A DNA stretch of 64,000 nt from Armatimonadota bacterium. Lineage in GTDB: Bacteria > Armatimonadota > Hebobacteria > GCA-020354555 > CP070648. The notes beneath the pieces were generated by a model. The model made no database searches and was not told the DNA's origin. It was given only the letters and a program-made list of their open reading frames with translations. Where the stretch lies: contig DATLAK010000182.1 of NCBI GenBank assembly GCA_035527535.1, forward strand, positions 2,439 through 66,438. Reading direction: 5' to 3'. A program made the position numbers and the translations under genes. Positions 46,296 through 55,986 of this stretch are shown here, one piece after another. Every line of letters begins with the position of its first letter. Positions within the stretch are counted from its first letter, which is position 1.

Positions 46296-46610
46296 ATGCC
46301 GACCGCACGTGTGAAGTCTGAAAACCTGTCCTGCCGGGTGTCTCCGGAACACAAGAAGATGATCGAGCGAGCCGCTCGGCGATCCGGCTTCTCGGTGTCC
46401 GATTTCGTCATCCACACCCTGGTCACGGCAGCCTCCGACGTGCTCCATGACGACTCAACCATCCGGCTCACCAAGGAGGAGTGGGATCGCTTCACCCGCG
46501 CCCTCGAGCGGCCGGCGCGAGAACCTGACGAGGCTACGAAGCGCGCCGTTTCTCTTTACCGAAAGGGTCGGGACGAGGGAGACAGACGGGTGTGGCGAGC
46601 GAAACAGTGA
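46296..46610 (+). CDS. DUF1778 (TacA-like RHH) antitoxin
   Basis: ~100 aa, N-terminal ribbon-helix-helix segment (RVSPEHKKMIERAA), paired with GNAT gene. Confidence 0.65.
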   Translation: MPTARVKSENLSCRVSPEHKKMIERAARRSGFSVSDFVIHTLVTAASDVLHDDSTIRLTKEEWDRFTRALERPAREPDEATKRAVSLYRKGRDEGDRRVWRAKQ

Positions 46611-47128
46611 ACCCCACTCCCCTGGTCATTGAGCGCCTCGATAAGAGCGTCCACGACCGGATGAATTTCGATTGCGGAGAACCGGAACTCAATGACTACC
46701 TCCGTTTCACCGCACGCCAGCATGTTGACAAGGGATACGCTCAGGTCTGGGTGGCGGTGACCGCACCGGGCTCCGCGCAAGTGCTCGGCTACTACGCGCT
46801 TTCCATGACCTCCCTCGCTCCAGGGGAACTGCCCAGGAAGAACGCGATCAAGAAGGTCCCCGCGCTTCTCCTCGGCAAGCTTGCAGTTGATAAACGCTAC
46901 CAGGGCCAAAGCATCGGTGTTCGCCTCTTGATGGATGCTCAACGCAGCGCCCTGCTCGTTTCTCGGCAGGTCGGCGTATATGCGCTTGTGGTTGATGCCC
47001 TCAACGACCGGACAGCGGCGTTCTACCGGAAGTACGGTTTCGAGGAACTCTCGACTGGGCCGCAGCACTTGTTCAAGACGATCAAGGACATTGAGCGCAT
47101 GGGATTGCTGGACGCACCTAACGAATGA
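46592..47128 (+). CDS. GNAT-family acetyltransferase toxin (TacT-like)
   Basis: GNAT acetyl-CoA motif (QGQSIGVRLL) and FYRKYGF C-terminal block; overlaps antitoxin by 19 nt. Confidence 0.65.
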   Translation: MASETVNPTPLVIERLDKSVHDRMNFDCGEPELNDYLRFTARQHVDKGYAQVWVAVTAPGSAQVLGYYALSMTSLAPGELPRKNAIKKVPALLLGKLAVDKRYQGQSIGVRLLMDAQRSALLVSRQVGVYALVVDALNDRTAAFYRKYGFEELSTGPQHLFKTIKDIERMGLLDAPNE

Positions 47129-47751
47129 TCTTCGGCCTCAGCTCGGGGCGTGACTCCCACATGCAGATCACACTCTACCAACATCACCTGCCCGGCGAGG
47201 TCCGGGTCTTCCGATACCTATCGCCGCCCGTCCAGGCGGACGATGAGGTAATCGTCTGTGACGGGTGGTATTCCAGCGGGGCGACTCGGGGCTATTGCCG
47301 CAGCTACATGTTCCTGAGGCGTTGGCTCCACGTCTTAGCAACATTCGGCCATGACTTAATGCCCGCGGAGGATCGGTCTCATGGGTTCCCCTTCGCGTTC
47401 AACTGTGATATCACAACGCCTCATTATCGGGTGCGCGACAAGCTGTACACGACGGACCTGTGCGTTGATGTGCTTATCAGTGCCAGTGGCCGCAACTGCG
47501 TGATCAAGGATAGAGAAGAACTCACGGCAATGCACGCTGCTAGTCAGTTCGGTGACCTCTGGCAAGAGATGGCGCTGCGCGAGGTGCGGTGGTTGGAGGA
47601 TCTGGTGAGCCAGGGGCGGCTCGTTGACTTCCTGAACGCGTTCGCTCCTTTCCCGACTGCCGCGATACCCTGCGAGATATCAGAGACAGCGCAGCGCCGA
47701 CTGGAAACCCTAGGCTTCGTCTTCCATCCGTCTTACCCACGGTACGCATGA
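47125..47751 (+). CDS. hypothetical protein, possibly DUF402 (FomD-like)
   Basis: FNCDITTP...DLCVDVLISASG...DREEL resembles recalled DUF402 blocks; low-GC. Confidence 0.3.
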   Translation: MIFGLSSGRDSHMQITLYQHHLPGEVRVFRYLSPPVQADDEVIVCDGWYSSGATRGYCRSYMFLRRWLHVLATFGHDLMPAEDRSHGFPFAFNCDITTPHYRVRDKLYTTDLCVDVLISASGRNCVIKDREELTAMHAASQFGDLWQEMALREVRWLEDLVSQGRLVDFLNAFAPFPTAAIPCEISETAQRRLETLGFVFHPSYPRYA

Positions 47752-47761
47752 GCCGCGCGCC

Positions 47762-48565
47762 CTACAGTGCCGGGTCACCGCCCAGCACGTCGCGGGCGAT
47801 GGTGGTGAGCTTGCCCATCAGCTCGCGCCCGGCCTGGTGCACCAGCTGGAGGTCGCCGCTGACCACGAATAGGCGCATGCCCAAGGTCATGTACCGTCGG
47901 ATGCGCTCCAGGTCGCCGATGAACATGCCGGAGGCGATGCCGACGGTGGCGCAGGCCGCGGTCAGGCGCTCGACGCTGCGCACGAACTCGGGGTGATCGA
48001 GGTCGTGGGGGGCGCCGATGGAAATCGAGAGGTCGGCGGGGCCGATCATGATCGCGTCCAGGCCGGGCGTCGCCGCCAGCTCGTCCACGCATTCAATGGC
48101 CCGCCGGGACTCCGCCTGGATGACGACCAGGGTGTTGCGATTCCAGTGCGCCAGCGCCTCCGGCAGCGGCACCGACTCGTAGTCGTAGAGCAGCGGTCCG
48201 GGGCCGCAGCCGCGCTGGCCCTCGGGCGGGAAGCGCGCCCAGGACACCACCTCGGCGGCGCGCTCCGGCGTCTCCACCCGCGGCACGATCACGCCCTCGC
48301 TGCCGGTGTCCAGGGTGCGCGCCACCAGGTGATACTCGGCGTCGGGCACGCGGGTGATGGCGGTGATGTCGGCGGCGCGCGCCGCCCGCACCAGCAGCTG
48401 CCCCGACTCCAGCGACATCGGCCAGTGCTCGTTCTCGATCAGCAGGAAATCGAACCCCGATGCGGCCAGGGCGTGGGCGATTTCCGGGTTGGCCACGCCG
48501 AAAGCGGCGCAGCCGAAGACCGGCTCGCCACGACTCAGCTTTTCCTTCACGTGGTTGGTTCGCAT
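47762..48565 (-). CDS. HpcH/HpaI-family 2-keto-3-deoxy acid aldolase
   Basis: TIM-barrel aldolase blocks (FLLIENEHWP, VIVPRVETPE, DAIMIGPADLS); start moved to MRTNHVKEKL. Confidence 0.65.
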   Translation of the reverse strand: MRTNHVKEKLSRGEPVFGCAAFGVANPEIAHALAASGFDFLLIENEHWPMSLESGQLLVRAARAADITAITRVPDAEYHLVARTLDTGSEGVIVPRVETPERAAEVVSWARFPPEGQRGCGPGPLLYDYESVPLPEALAHWNRNTLVVIQAESRRAIECVDELAATPGLDAIMIGPADLSISIGAPHDLDHPEFVRSVERLTAACATVGIASGMFIGDLERIRRYMTLGMRLFVVSGDLQLVHQAGRELMGKLTTIARDVLGGDPAL

Positions 48566-48653
48566 AGGTAGTGCCTGGAGCCGACGATGGCGCCCACTTC
48601 GTTGGAGGGGCCACCGACCCCTTCCGGGGCGCGACGCGGCTCGCCAAGCGGTG

Positions 48654-49430
48654 TCACGAACGGAGCAGGGAGTCGAGGTAGGCGGCGCGGACGTCTTCGA
48701 TGCGGCGCACCTGCTGCCGCTGCAGGTTCCCCAGCAGCTCGCGCAGCGCCGCTCGCTCCGCGGGCGGCACCTGGGCGTCGAGGTCGGCCTCGCGGCGGAA
48801 GCGGTCGGATCGGCGATCCCATCTGAACAGCGCCGGCGCGTCCGCGGCGGCCCCGGCGTGCACGGCAGACACCCTCCGGCGCACCTCACGGCCACATCTG
48901 TCGGCGGCGACGAAGAGCGTGAAACCGAGGGTCGCCAGGGCATCTTCCTCGACGCCAAGCGGCGGCGACAGCAGGATATCCCGGAGCTGAGGCAGCGTAT
49001 CCGCGTGCAAGCCGGTGGCGATCATGTGCCCGCGGCGGGCGAGGTCGAGATATTCACGCACCGCCCGCCCCCAGATGTAGCCGTACCAGTGGCCGGCCCC
49101 GATCTCGTGCGCCAGGTAGCAGCGGCGCGCGCCCGGCTTGCCCGCGGAGTCGGCGCCGGCGATCACGCGCTCGCCGTCAACGGTGCTGATCTCCATGTCC
49201 GGCGGCAGGAAGGCCAGGATCGCAGCCATAATCGTGGTCTTGCCCGCGCCGCCGGGCACCGCGCCGGAGAGGAAACTCGCCCCGCGCGCCACCAGCGCGC
49301 ACAGGGCGCTCGCCAGGTCGAGGTCCATGGTGCCGGCATCGAGCAGGTCCACCACGCTCAACATCCGCCCCCCGCGCTGGTTGAGGGCATTGATCTGAGC
49401 GACATTCAGGCTGTCATTCCACTTCGTCAT
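48654..49430 (-). CDS. P-loop NTPase, hypothetical
   Basis: Walker A GGAGKTT; no further family assignment. Confidence 0.35.
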   Translation of the reverse strand: MTKWNDSLNVAQINALNQRGGRMLSVVDLLDAGTMDLDLASALCALVARGASFLSGAVPGGAGKTTIMAAILAFLPPDMEISTVDGERVIAGADSAGKPGARRCYLAHEIGAGHWYGYIWGRAVREYLDLARRGHMIATGLHADTLPQLRDILLSPPLGVEEDALATLGFTLFVAADRCGREVRRRVSAVHAGAAADAPALFRWDRRSDRFRREADLDAQVPPAERAALRELLGNLQRQQVRRIEDVRAAYLDSLLRS

Positions 49431-49496
49431 TTCGCCCAGCTAACAGTTGCGCTCCACCTCCTTCTCAATCTGCGCCCATCGGCGGTCAATCTCTGG

Positions 49497-50732
49497 TCAC
49501 GGCCCACGCTCGGCGGTGACTTCGTTGGCGATCTTCACCCAGTTGTGCAGGGTCTCGGGATGCCCGTGCACGGTGTGGGTGTCCTTGAGAACCATCTCGA
49601 CGATGCAGCCGTCGGCGGCGTCCAGACACTCATTGATCTCGCGGCGGATGCGGCCGGCGTCGAAACTCAGGAGTACCGGCGACGGGTTGGGCTTCCACGA
49701 ATAGACGATGCGATCCTGAAGCGCCTCGGCCGCCGCGCCCAGATCGGTCCACGGGCTGACCGACAGCCGCCGCAGGCGCGGGATCGTGCGCTTGATCATC
49801 TCGAGCTTCTGCGTGACGTCCTCGCAGCAGCCGTAGCAGTTGAGGCCGAAGCGCTCCAGCAGGCGCCCCTGGTAGCGCAGCACGAACTCCTCGTGCATCG
49901 CCGGCGACACCAGCGCCAGCTCCTGCGCCTCGGCGAACCCCCATAGGTCGCGCAGGCGCACGCGTCCATCGAAACCCGGCCCCGGCAGGTCGTCGGTATA
50001 CCCCACCCCGCCCGAACCGACATAGTCGTCGCCGTTATTGAGGCTCAAGTCTGGCGCCTGCTCGACCAGGTCGAGCAGGCGCTCGGTGGCCTCGGTCATG
50101 AAGGTCATGACCTGGTGCACCCATTGCGGGCGGTCGCACATGTCGAGCATGATCTCGTTCAGCCCGCGCAGATTGACCAGGTGGCCGATGAGACTGGTAT
50201 TCACGTGGACGCGCCGATGGGCACGCACCTCCAGGATGTCCCCGAAGAGGTCGGCCACCGCTTCGAGGTCGCGCTGCGTCTGCTCCTCGTCCACTATGAG
50301 GTCGGGCTGCGTGAGCTTGGCGGCGTCGGCGGGGTCACTTATCACGGGGTCGAAGGTCCACGCGCCGCGGCGCTCGGGGCTCGGCTTGCGCGCGGGCTCC
50401 AGGCCCCAGCCGGTGATGCGATGGGACAGCCCGACCTTGCACATCGGCTCGATGACGTTGTCGTCGCGCAAGTGGTGCCAGCGATAGATGATACGGCGCA
50501 GGTGCAACTCCCAGGGGCGAAAAGCGGGATCGCTGACCGTGAGCACCTCGTCGGGCAACAGCTCCTCCCACGCGCCCTCGGGGAAGATGAGCACCATCGC
50601 CTTGCCGGGCCGCAAGCCATTGTGGCGTTTCCATTCGGTGCGGTTGCGCGCATTCTGCGGGTCGGCGGCGATCTCGGCCACCTGCCGGGCCAGGTCGCGC
50701 AAGGTCTCTCGTTCGGGCTTGGACAGGGCCAT
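49497..50732 (-). CDS. hypothetical protein with URO-D/MtaA-like C-terminal blocks
   Basis: CYGCCED and later Gly/His blocks loosely match URO-D family; start moved to MALSKPE with GGAGGA 5 nt upstream. Confidence 0.35.
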   Translation of the reverse strand: MALSKPERETLRDLARQVAEIAADPQNARNRTEWKRHNGLRPGKAMVLIFPEGAWEELLPDEVLTVSDPAFRPWELHLRRIIYRWHHLRDDNVIEPMCKVGLSHRITGWGLEPARKPSPERRGAWTFDPVISDPADAAKLTQPDLIVDEEQTQRDLEAVADLFGDILEVRAHRRVHVNTSLIGHLVNLRGLNEIMLDMCDRPQWVHQVMTFMTEATERLLDLVEQAPDLSLNNGDDYVGSGGVGYTDDLPGPGFDGRVRLRDLWGFAEAQELALVSPAMHEEFVLRYQGRLLERFGLNCYGCCEDVTQKLEMIKRTIPRLRRLSVSPWTDLGAAAEALQDRIVYSWKPNPSPVLLSFDAGRIRREINECLDAADGCIVEMVLKDTHTVHGHPETLHNWVKIANEVTAERGP

Positions 50733-50912
50733 GCGTTTCCTCCGACCATGAACTACCACGCACGCCGGGATTATCCCTTCGCCGCCGCCGGGCGGGGGGG
50801 CAATCTGCCGTGGAGACAACGAGGACGCGGACGAGGTCGGAGAGCCAACGGCTAGTTGCATCCGCTCAAGGAAAACGACCTGGAGATAGGCAAGTGTCCC
50901 AGGTCTCGGCGG

Positions 50913-51503
50913 CTAACCACGCGGGATGTTGATCGCCACAATCACCGCAACCCACAGCATGGCGAATAGGGTGTTGACCACCAGCCCGGCGATCGCTAGC
51001 CCCCGTCCTGTGAGCCTCCCGCGCCTCGCACCGATCTGCCACAGGGCCACTGCCGCCATCGGCAGTCCCACCATCGGCAACCACGCCATGATGAGGGACC
51101 AGTAGGATAGCCGGGATAACCTGGGAGTGTCTTCTTGCCCGGGACCGCGGTCGACCGTGTCGGCGATGTGGAAATCCACCACCATGACGGTGATGATGCC
51201 GATCAGTGGAATCAGGACCAGGACTGCAATCGGCACTAAGGCCGGCACGGACATCCCCGCGAGCCGGGCGGTCCCCAGAAACACCCACAAGAACGCTATT
51301 AACCACACTAGGAGTAGAATGCCCAGGACCACGCTGAGGGCCGGGGTGTGCACCGCGCGCGCGGCGACCGCCACCGGTATCTGCGCGAGGATCAGCACGT
51401 AGTACACCGTCCGCCGTCGGTCAAGCTCGGCGGCTGAGATCGGCGGACCGGCCTGCGCGGGAGCAGTCGCTGCACTATCAACCCGACGATCATCGCTGCT
51501 CAT
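50913..51503 (-). CDS. hypothetical membrane protein
   Basis: Four or more hydrophobic spans; no motif recognised. Confidence 0.35.
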   Translation of the reverse strand: MSSDDRRVDSAATAPAQAGPPISAAELDRRRTVYYVLILAQIPVAVAARAVHTPALSVVLGILLLVWLIAFLWVFLGTARLAGMSVPALVPIAVLVLIPLIGIITVMVVDFHIADTVDRGPGQEDTPRLSRLSYWSLIMAWLPMVGLPMAAVALWQIGARRGRLTGRGLAIAGLVVNTLFAMLWVAVIVAINIPRG

Positions 51504-51783
51504 CTGGTTGCCTTCCCTGTGCGCGTTCTACAAACTGCAATTTTGGGCAATGGAGGGCAGTACCTATTCTCCCCTTTTCGCTCTTCGCTGTGTCGGCCTA
51601 TTCGTTGGGCAAGAGCTGTTCTCCTGCCCAGTCAGTTAGGGCGGTAGGAATCCCTGGCCGTGTGGCTCGGGCAGCCTCCGGCCGGTCGGCCCGGGCAGCG
51701 TTTGCTCGATTCGCCGACACGCCCAATCAGTCCGGTGGGCAGCTTGGCAATGCGTCTTGGCCTAGTCGTCTGCGAACAGTATG

Positions 51784-52026
51784 CTACCACAAGTGTCGCT
51801 TAGCGAAGGCGTGGCCAGTGCCTTGCTTCAGATAGCGTTCGAAGGCGTCAGCCTTCGCGCGGCTAGCGAAGTGGACGGCAACCACAACCCTCCACGGGAT
51901 GTGCCTTGCGGTGTGCGGTGATTTGCCTGAGTTATGTTCTGCCAGGCGTCTCTCAAGGTCGTCTGTGGAACCCACGTAACGTCTGCTAGGATTAGCAGTG
52001 CTTTGGAGCAGGTAGACGCACCTCAT
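51784..52026 (-). CDS. GIY-YIG nuclease family protein (stand-alone URI domain)
   Basis: VYLLQS...RRYVGST.DL.RRL.EHN GIY-YIG signature; low-GC surroundings. Confidence 0.6.
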   Translation of the reverse strand: MRCVYLLQSTANPSRRYVGSTDDLERRLAEHNSGKSPHTARHIPWRVVVAVHFASRAKADAFERYLKQGTGHAFAKRHLW

Positions 52027-52144
52027 ATAGCCCTACTTCGTCCCACCTCGCCCGAGCCCCTGCTCGGGCGAAGCGGTACTACGAAGGGCACCATCCTGCA
52101 TAGCTCTTCGTCGGTTCTGCGAAGCTATGAAGAGCGACGCAGGA

Positions 52145-52219
52145 TGGTGGGCCCGGCAGGATTCGAACCTGCGACCAACCGGTTATGAGCCGGGGGCTCT
52201 GCCGCTGAGCTACGGGCCC
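52145..52219 (-). tRNA. tRNA-Met (anticodon CAU; could also be tRNA-Ile2 lysidine type)
   Basis: Cloverleaf folded by hand: 7-bp acceptor GGGCCCG/CGGGCCC, GTTCGAATC T-loop, anticodon loop CUCAUAA, encoded CCA; G1-C72 so not initiator. Confidence 0.8.
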
Positions 52220-52401
52220 GGCCGCGGCGGGACGCTCGTGCGCCATCGGCACGATTATAGCAGCGGGGTTGTGGCCGGTCAATCAACGACGCGGGAGGCG
52301 ATGCCCCGACATAGGCGGTTGCAGGAGTCTGCTCCGCGCGTGTGGTATTCAGCGTGACACGCGACCTTCGCGCAGCGAGGGAACCATGGAGGAGAACGTT
52401 A

Positions 52402-53451
52402 ATGGCTGCCAAACGAACGCAGGGCCGCCGGGCGCAAGCGTCCGGCAAGCAGAACGTCATCCGCTGCGGGCTGATCGGCTGCGGCGGGCGGTTCGGGATG
52501 GCGCGGCTGCACGCGCAATACATCACCGCCGCGCCGGGCCTGGAAACGGTGGCATTGTGCGATATTGATCCCCGCGCCCTGGCCATGGGGCACGAGGTTC
52601 TGCCCGACCTTGAGACCTATTCCAGCGTCGCCACCATGCTGCGTAAGTCTAATCTCGACATGGTGACCATCATCACGCCCCACAACACCCACGCGCAGCT
52701 CGTGGCGCAGTGCGCCCGCGCGGGCAAGCACGTGGTGGTGGAGAAGCCGATGTGCATCACCGTCGCCGAGGCCGACCGCATGATCCAGGCGGCTGCGGAC
52801 AACAAGGTCATGCTGTCGGTCTTCCACAATCGCCGTTGGGACGGCGACTTCATGACCCTGCGCGACATCATCGGCCGCGGCCTCATCGGCGACGTCTTTC
52901 ACATCGAGGCCTACATGGGTAGCTACGCGCACCCGGGCACGTGGTGGCGTTCCAACAAGCGCATCTCGGGTGGGGCGATGTATGACTGGGGCGCCCACTA
53001 CCTCGACTGGCTGCTCAACCTGGTGCCCGCGCAGATGGAAAGCGTCACCGGTTACTTCCACAAGCTGGTGTGGCGCGACGTCACCAACGAGGATCAGGTG
53101 CGGGCGATCATCCGCTTCCGCAACGGGGCGGTGGCCGAGCTGCAGATCTCGCACATCGCGGCGGTGGGCAAGGACCGCTGGCGCATCCTGGGCACCAAGG
53201 GCGGCATCCGCGACGGCCGCCGCGAGAAGCACTTCCTGGTCGCCACCGACGTCGCTGGCCTGCGTGCGGAGATGGAGGTACCCTACCAGGAGCAGAACTG
53301 GGAGGCCTACTACCGCAGCATCGCCGACCACCTGCTGCGGGGCAAGGAGCTGGCGGTCAAGCCGGAAGAGGCGCGGCGCGTGATCGCGATCCTGGAGGCC
53401 GCCGAGAAGTCCGCCCAGACCGGCAAAGCCGTCAAGCCGAAATATGCGTGA
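52402..53451 (+). CDS. Gfo/Idh/MocA-family NAD(P)-dependent oxidoreductase
   Basis: IRCGLIGCGGRFG Rossmann motif, EKP motif (VVVEKPM); start at MAAKRT with GGAGGAG upstream. Confidence 0.8.
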   Translation: MAAKRTQGRRAQASGKQNVIRCGLIGCGGRFGMARLHAQYITAAPGLETVALCDIDPRALAMGHEVLPDLETYSSVATMLRKSNLDMVTIITPHNTHAQLVAQCARAGKHVVVEKPMCITVAEADRMIQAAADNKVMLSVFHNRRWDGDFMTLRDIIGRGLIGDVFHIEAYMGSYAHPGTWWRSNKRISGGAMYDWGAHYLDWLLNLVPAQMESVTGYFHKLVWRDVTNEDQVRAIIRFRNGAVAELQISHIAAVGKDRWRILGTKGGIRDGRREKHFLVATDVAGLRAEMEVPYQEQNWEAYYRSIADHLLRGKELAVKPEEARRVIAILEAAEKSAQTGKAVKPKYA

Positions 53452-53578
53452 AAGGGAGCCATCCGCGGATTACGCGGATTTCAGATCCGAACGATTTAGA
53501 GCGCGGATGGCACAGAGTAAGGTAGGGCAGCCGTCCTGGCTGCCGCGGCGGTCGTGTGTCTGTGGCGCCGTCGTCCGC

Positions 53579-54220
53579 TCATATCCCCCGCAGGAACGGG
53601 TTATGGCGACGCTCCTGGCCGATGGTGGTCTCGGGGCCGTGGCCGGGATAGACGATGGTCTCGTCGGGCAGGGCGAGCAGCTTGTCGCGGATGGTCTGCA
53701 GGAGCTGGTACTCGGAGCCGCCGGGGAGGTCGGTGCGGCCGATGCCGCCGGCGAACAGACAGTCCCCGGTGAAGACGAACCCATCCCCCGCCAGCGACAT
53801 CCCGCCCGGGGTGTGCCCGGGGGTGTGAATCACCCGCAGCCGGATCTCGTCGGCGTGCCCCTCGCCGATGACGACGGCGTCGCCCTCGCGCAGCTCGCGG
53901 TCGGGCGGGGCGGTTTCGCAGTCGAAGCCGGTCCACGCCAGCAGGTTGGTCTCGGCGTCGGTCAACATGCGCGCCTCGGCCTGGTGCGCCCACACCGGCG
54001 CGCCGGTGGCTTGCTTGAGCGGGACGTTGCCCGCGATGTGGTCACCGTGGCCGTGGGTGTTGATGATGGCCTGCAGCGCAAACTCGTTCTGGCGCAGGAG
54101 GTCCAGCAGCGGTTCCGGCGGCCCCCCGGGGTCTATGACCAGGGCCTCGCGGCTGGTCTCGTGGGCGATCAGGTAGGCGTTGGTCTCGATGGGGCCGAGG
54201 GGGAGGCGGCGAATGAACAT
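53579..54220 (-). CDS. MBL-fold metallo-hydrolase (glyoxalase II-like)
   Basis: THGHGDH zinc motif and downstream His/Asp ligands. Confidence 0.8.
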   Translation of the reverse strand: MFIRRLPLGPIETNAYLIAHETSREALVIDPGGPPEPLLDLLRQNEFALQAIINTHGHGDHIAGNVPLKQATGAPVWAHQAEARMLTDAETNLLAWTGFDCETAPPDRELREGDAVVIGEGHADEIRLRVIHTPGHTPGGMSLAGDGFVFTGDCLFAGGIGRTDLPGGSEYQLLQTIRDKLLALPDETIVYPGHGPETTIGQERRHNPFLRGI

Positions 54221-54236
54221 GGGGTCTCCGTTCTCG

Positions 54237-55148
54237 CTAGTCGGCGGTTAGCTGGGGGCGATACTCGCCGCGGCGGCGGCGGACGAACTCCCACTCGTAG
54301 GCGTCGAGGTCGCCGGCGAATTCCCGGCAGGATTGCGCATGCTGGTCGAACCCGGCCAGGATGTAGGCGTCGGCGAGCAGCATGTGGTAGGAGCGGTTGC
54401 GCGGCGCGTTCTCGATCGCCCGCCGGTAGGCGGCGATGGCGCGCGCCGGTTGGCCGAGCGCCACCAGGGCGGAGGCGAGCCGCGCGTGGTAGTAGTCGTC
54501 GCAGGGCGCCAGCGTCACCGCCTGCTCGAACTGACCCACCGCCTCGTCCAGACGGCCGCACGCCAGCAGCAGCTCCGCCAGGCGGAAGCGGTAGAAGGCC
54601 TGGCGGGGGTCGAGCTTGACCGCCAGGCGCAGGGTGTCCAACGCCTCCGCGCCCATGCCCAGCGCCCAAGCGATGTCGGCGAGCTTGTAGCGATAGTAGG
54701 CGCGGCTGCCGTCGAGGCGCACCGCCTCGCGGTAGCGCGACAGCGCCTCCTCCATCATGGCGTAGCGGCGGTAGAGGTCGCCCAGGCTGGCGTGCGCCTC
54801 GGCGTGGCGGGGATCGCTGCGCACGACCTTGCGGTACTCGCGCATCGCCTGGTCAATCATCTCCACCAGGACGTAGGCGTCCGCCAGGCGCATGCGGCAC
54901 TGGACGTTGTTGCCGTCGAGCCTGATCGCGCGCTTGTACTCGGCGATGGCGCGCCGCGGGTTGCCTTGCTCGAGGTAGGAATCGCCGAGCTTGAGGCGCA
55001 GGTGGGCGGTGACGGCCTGCACTTCCTGGTCGCGCCAGCTCTGCAGTTCGTCCTCGCGCTGCATCTGCTCGAAGCGTCGTATGCGCTCGTCCAGCTCGTC
55101 GTCGTGACCCATGGTCACCCCGCACCCGCGGCAGCTGTCCAACTGCAT
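54237..55148 (-). CDS. tetratricopeptide repeat protein
   Basis: At least 7 TPR units; start tentatively at MQLDSCRGCGV (ORF M35). Confidence 0.55.
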   Translation of the reverse strand: MQLDSCRGCGVTMGHDDELDERIRRFEQMQREDELQSWRDQEVQAVTAHLRLKLGDSYLEQGNPRRAIAEYKRAIRLDGNNVQCRMRLADAYVLVEMIDQAMREYRKVVRSDPRHAEAHASLGDLYRRYAMMEEALSRYREAVRLDGSRAYYRYKLADIAWALGMGAEALDTLRLAVKLDPRQAFYRFRLAELLLACGRLDEAVGQFEQAVTLAPCDDYYHARLASALVALGQPARAIAAYRRAIENAPRNRSYHMLLADAYILAGFDQHAQSCREFAGDLDAYEWEFVRRRRGEYRPQLTAD

Positions 55149-55330
55149 TATAGCCGATTCATCCGCCCCTGGTAAACCCGCGCCGCGCGCCGCTATTGAC
55201 ACCCGCCGGATTCGGCAGGTAACATGGGGTGTGGCTTGATTGTCCGACATGCGGCTGGATGGCGTCCCGCCCGCAGCACCGACTTATGCTGCGCCTCTGC
55301 GCTTTCACCGACGTCGCGCCCGCCACATGT

Positions 55331-55386
55331 GGGGGCAGGCTCGCAGCCTGCCCCCGTCACAGGCTCAGCGCCTGTGCCACACTGAC
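55331..55386. repeat. GC hairpin GGGGGCAGGCTCGCAGCCTGCCCCC followed by family C hairpin CACAGGCTCAGCGCCTGTGCCACACTGAC
   Basis: Located in divergent spacer between TPR gene and yceD-rpmF operon. Confidence 0.6.
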
Positions 55387-55451
55387 TGCGCAGGACTGCG
55401 CGCCGCGGGTGTGATCCGCCGGCTCGTGGGGGCGGCGACGGGCGCGGGCAG

Positions 55452-55982
55452 ATGAAGATTGACCTTCGCGAGATAGCGCGAACGCCGGGCGCGCATGCGA
55501 CCCACGATTTCGAGGAGCCGCTCGCGCGCGACGCCGATGTGGAACTGGCGGAGCCGGCGCGAGGTAGCTTCAGCGTCACCAACACCGGCCGCCTGCTGGT
55601 GCTGCGCGGGTGCATGACGGCGACGGTGAACCTGCAATGTAGCCGCTGCTGCGGGCCGCTGGTGATGACGGTGGAGATACCGTTGAGCGAGGAGTTCAGC
55701 ATCGGCGATGCCGCCGGGGCGGCGCCGGAGCCCACCGTTGACGTCGAGGAGCCGGAGCGCGCCGCGTTCCATGACGCCATCCTGGACTTGACCGAACTGG
55801 TGCGTCAGCATATCATAGTCAATCTGCCGCTGCGGCCGCTGTGCCGGGAAGACTGCCCGGGAATCTGCCCGCGCTGCGGGAACGACCTCAACGCCGGCGC
55901 CTGCGGGTGTCCTGCGGGATCGCCCCCGGGCCCACTGTGGGATCTCAAGCGGCTGCTCGAACCTGGCCCGGAGGGAGGATAA
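55452..55982 (+). CDS. yceD: YceD/DUF177 family protein
   Basis: Conserved position upstream of rpmF; CxxC...CxxC pairs (CREDCPGICPRCG). Confidence 0.7.
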   Translation: MKIDLREIARTPGAHATHDFEEPLARDADVELAEPARGSFSVTNTGRLLVLRGCMTATVNLQCSRCCGPLVMTVEIPLSEEFSIGDAAGAAPEPTVDVEEPERAAFHDAILDLTELVRQHIIVNLPLRPLCREDCPGICPRCGNDLNAGACGCPAGSPPGPLWDLKRLLEPGPEGG

Positions 55983-55986
55983 TACC

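Noticed and set aside
44629-46308. 559-aa minus-strand ORF antisense to the URO-D-like gene
   Set aside because: No motifs; the plus-strand frame has URO-D blocks and an SD.
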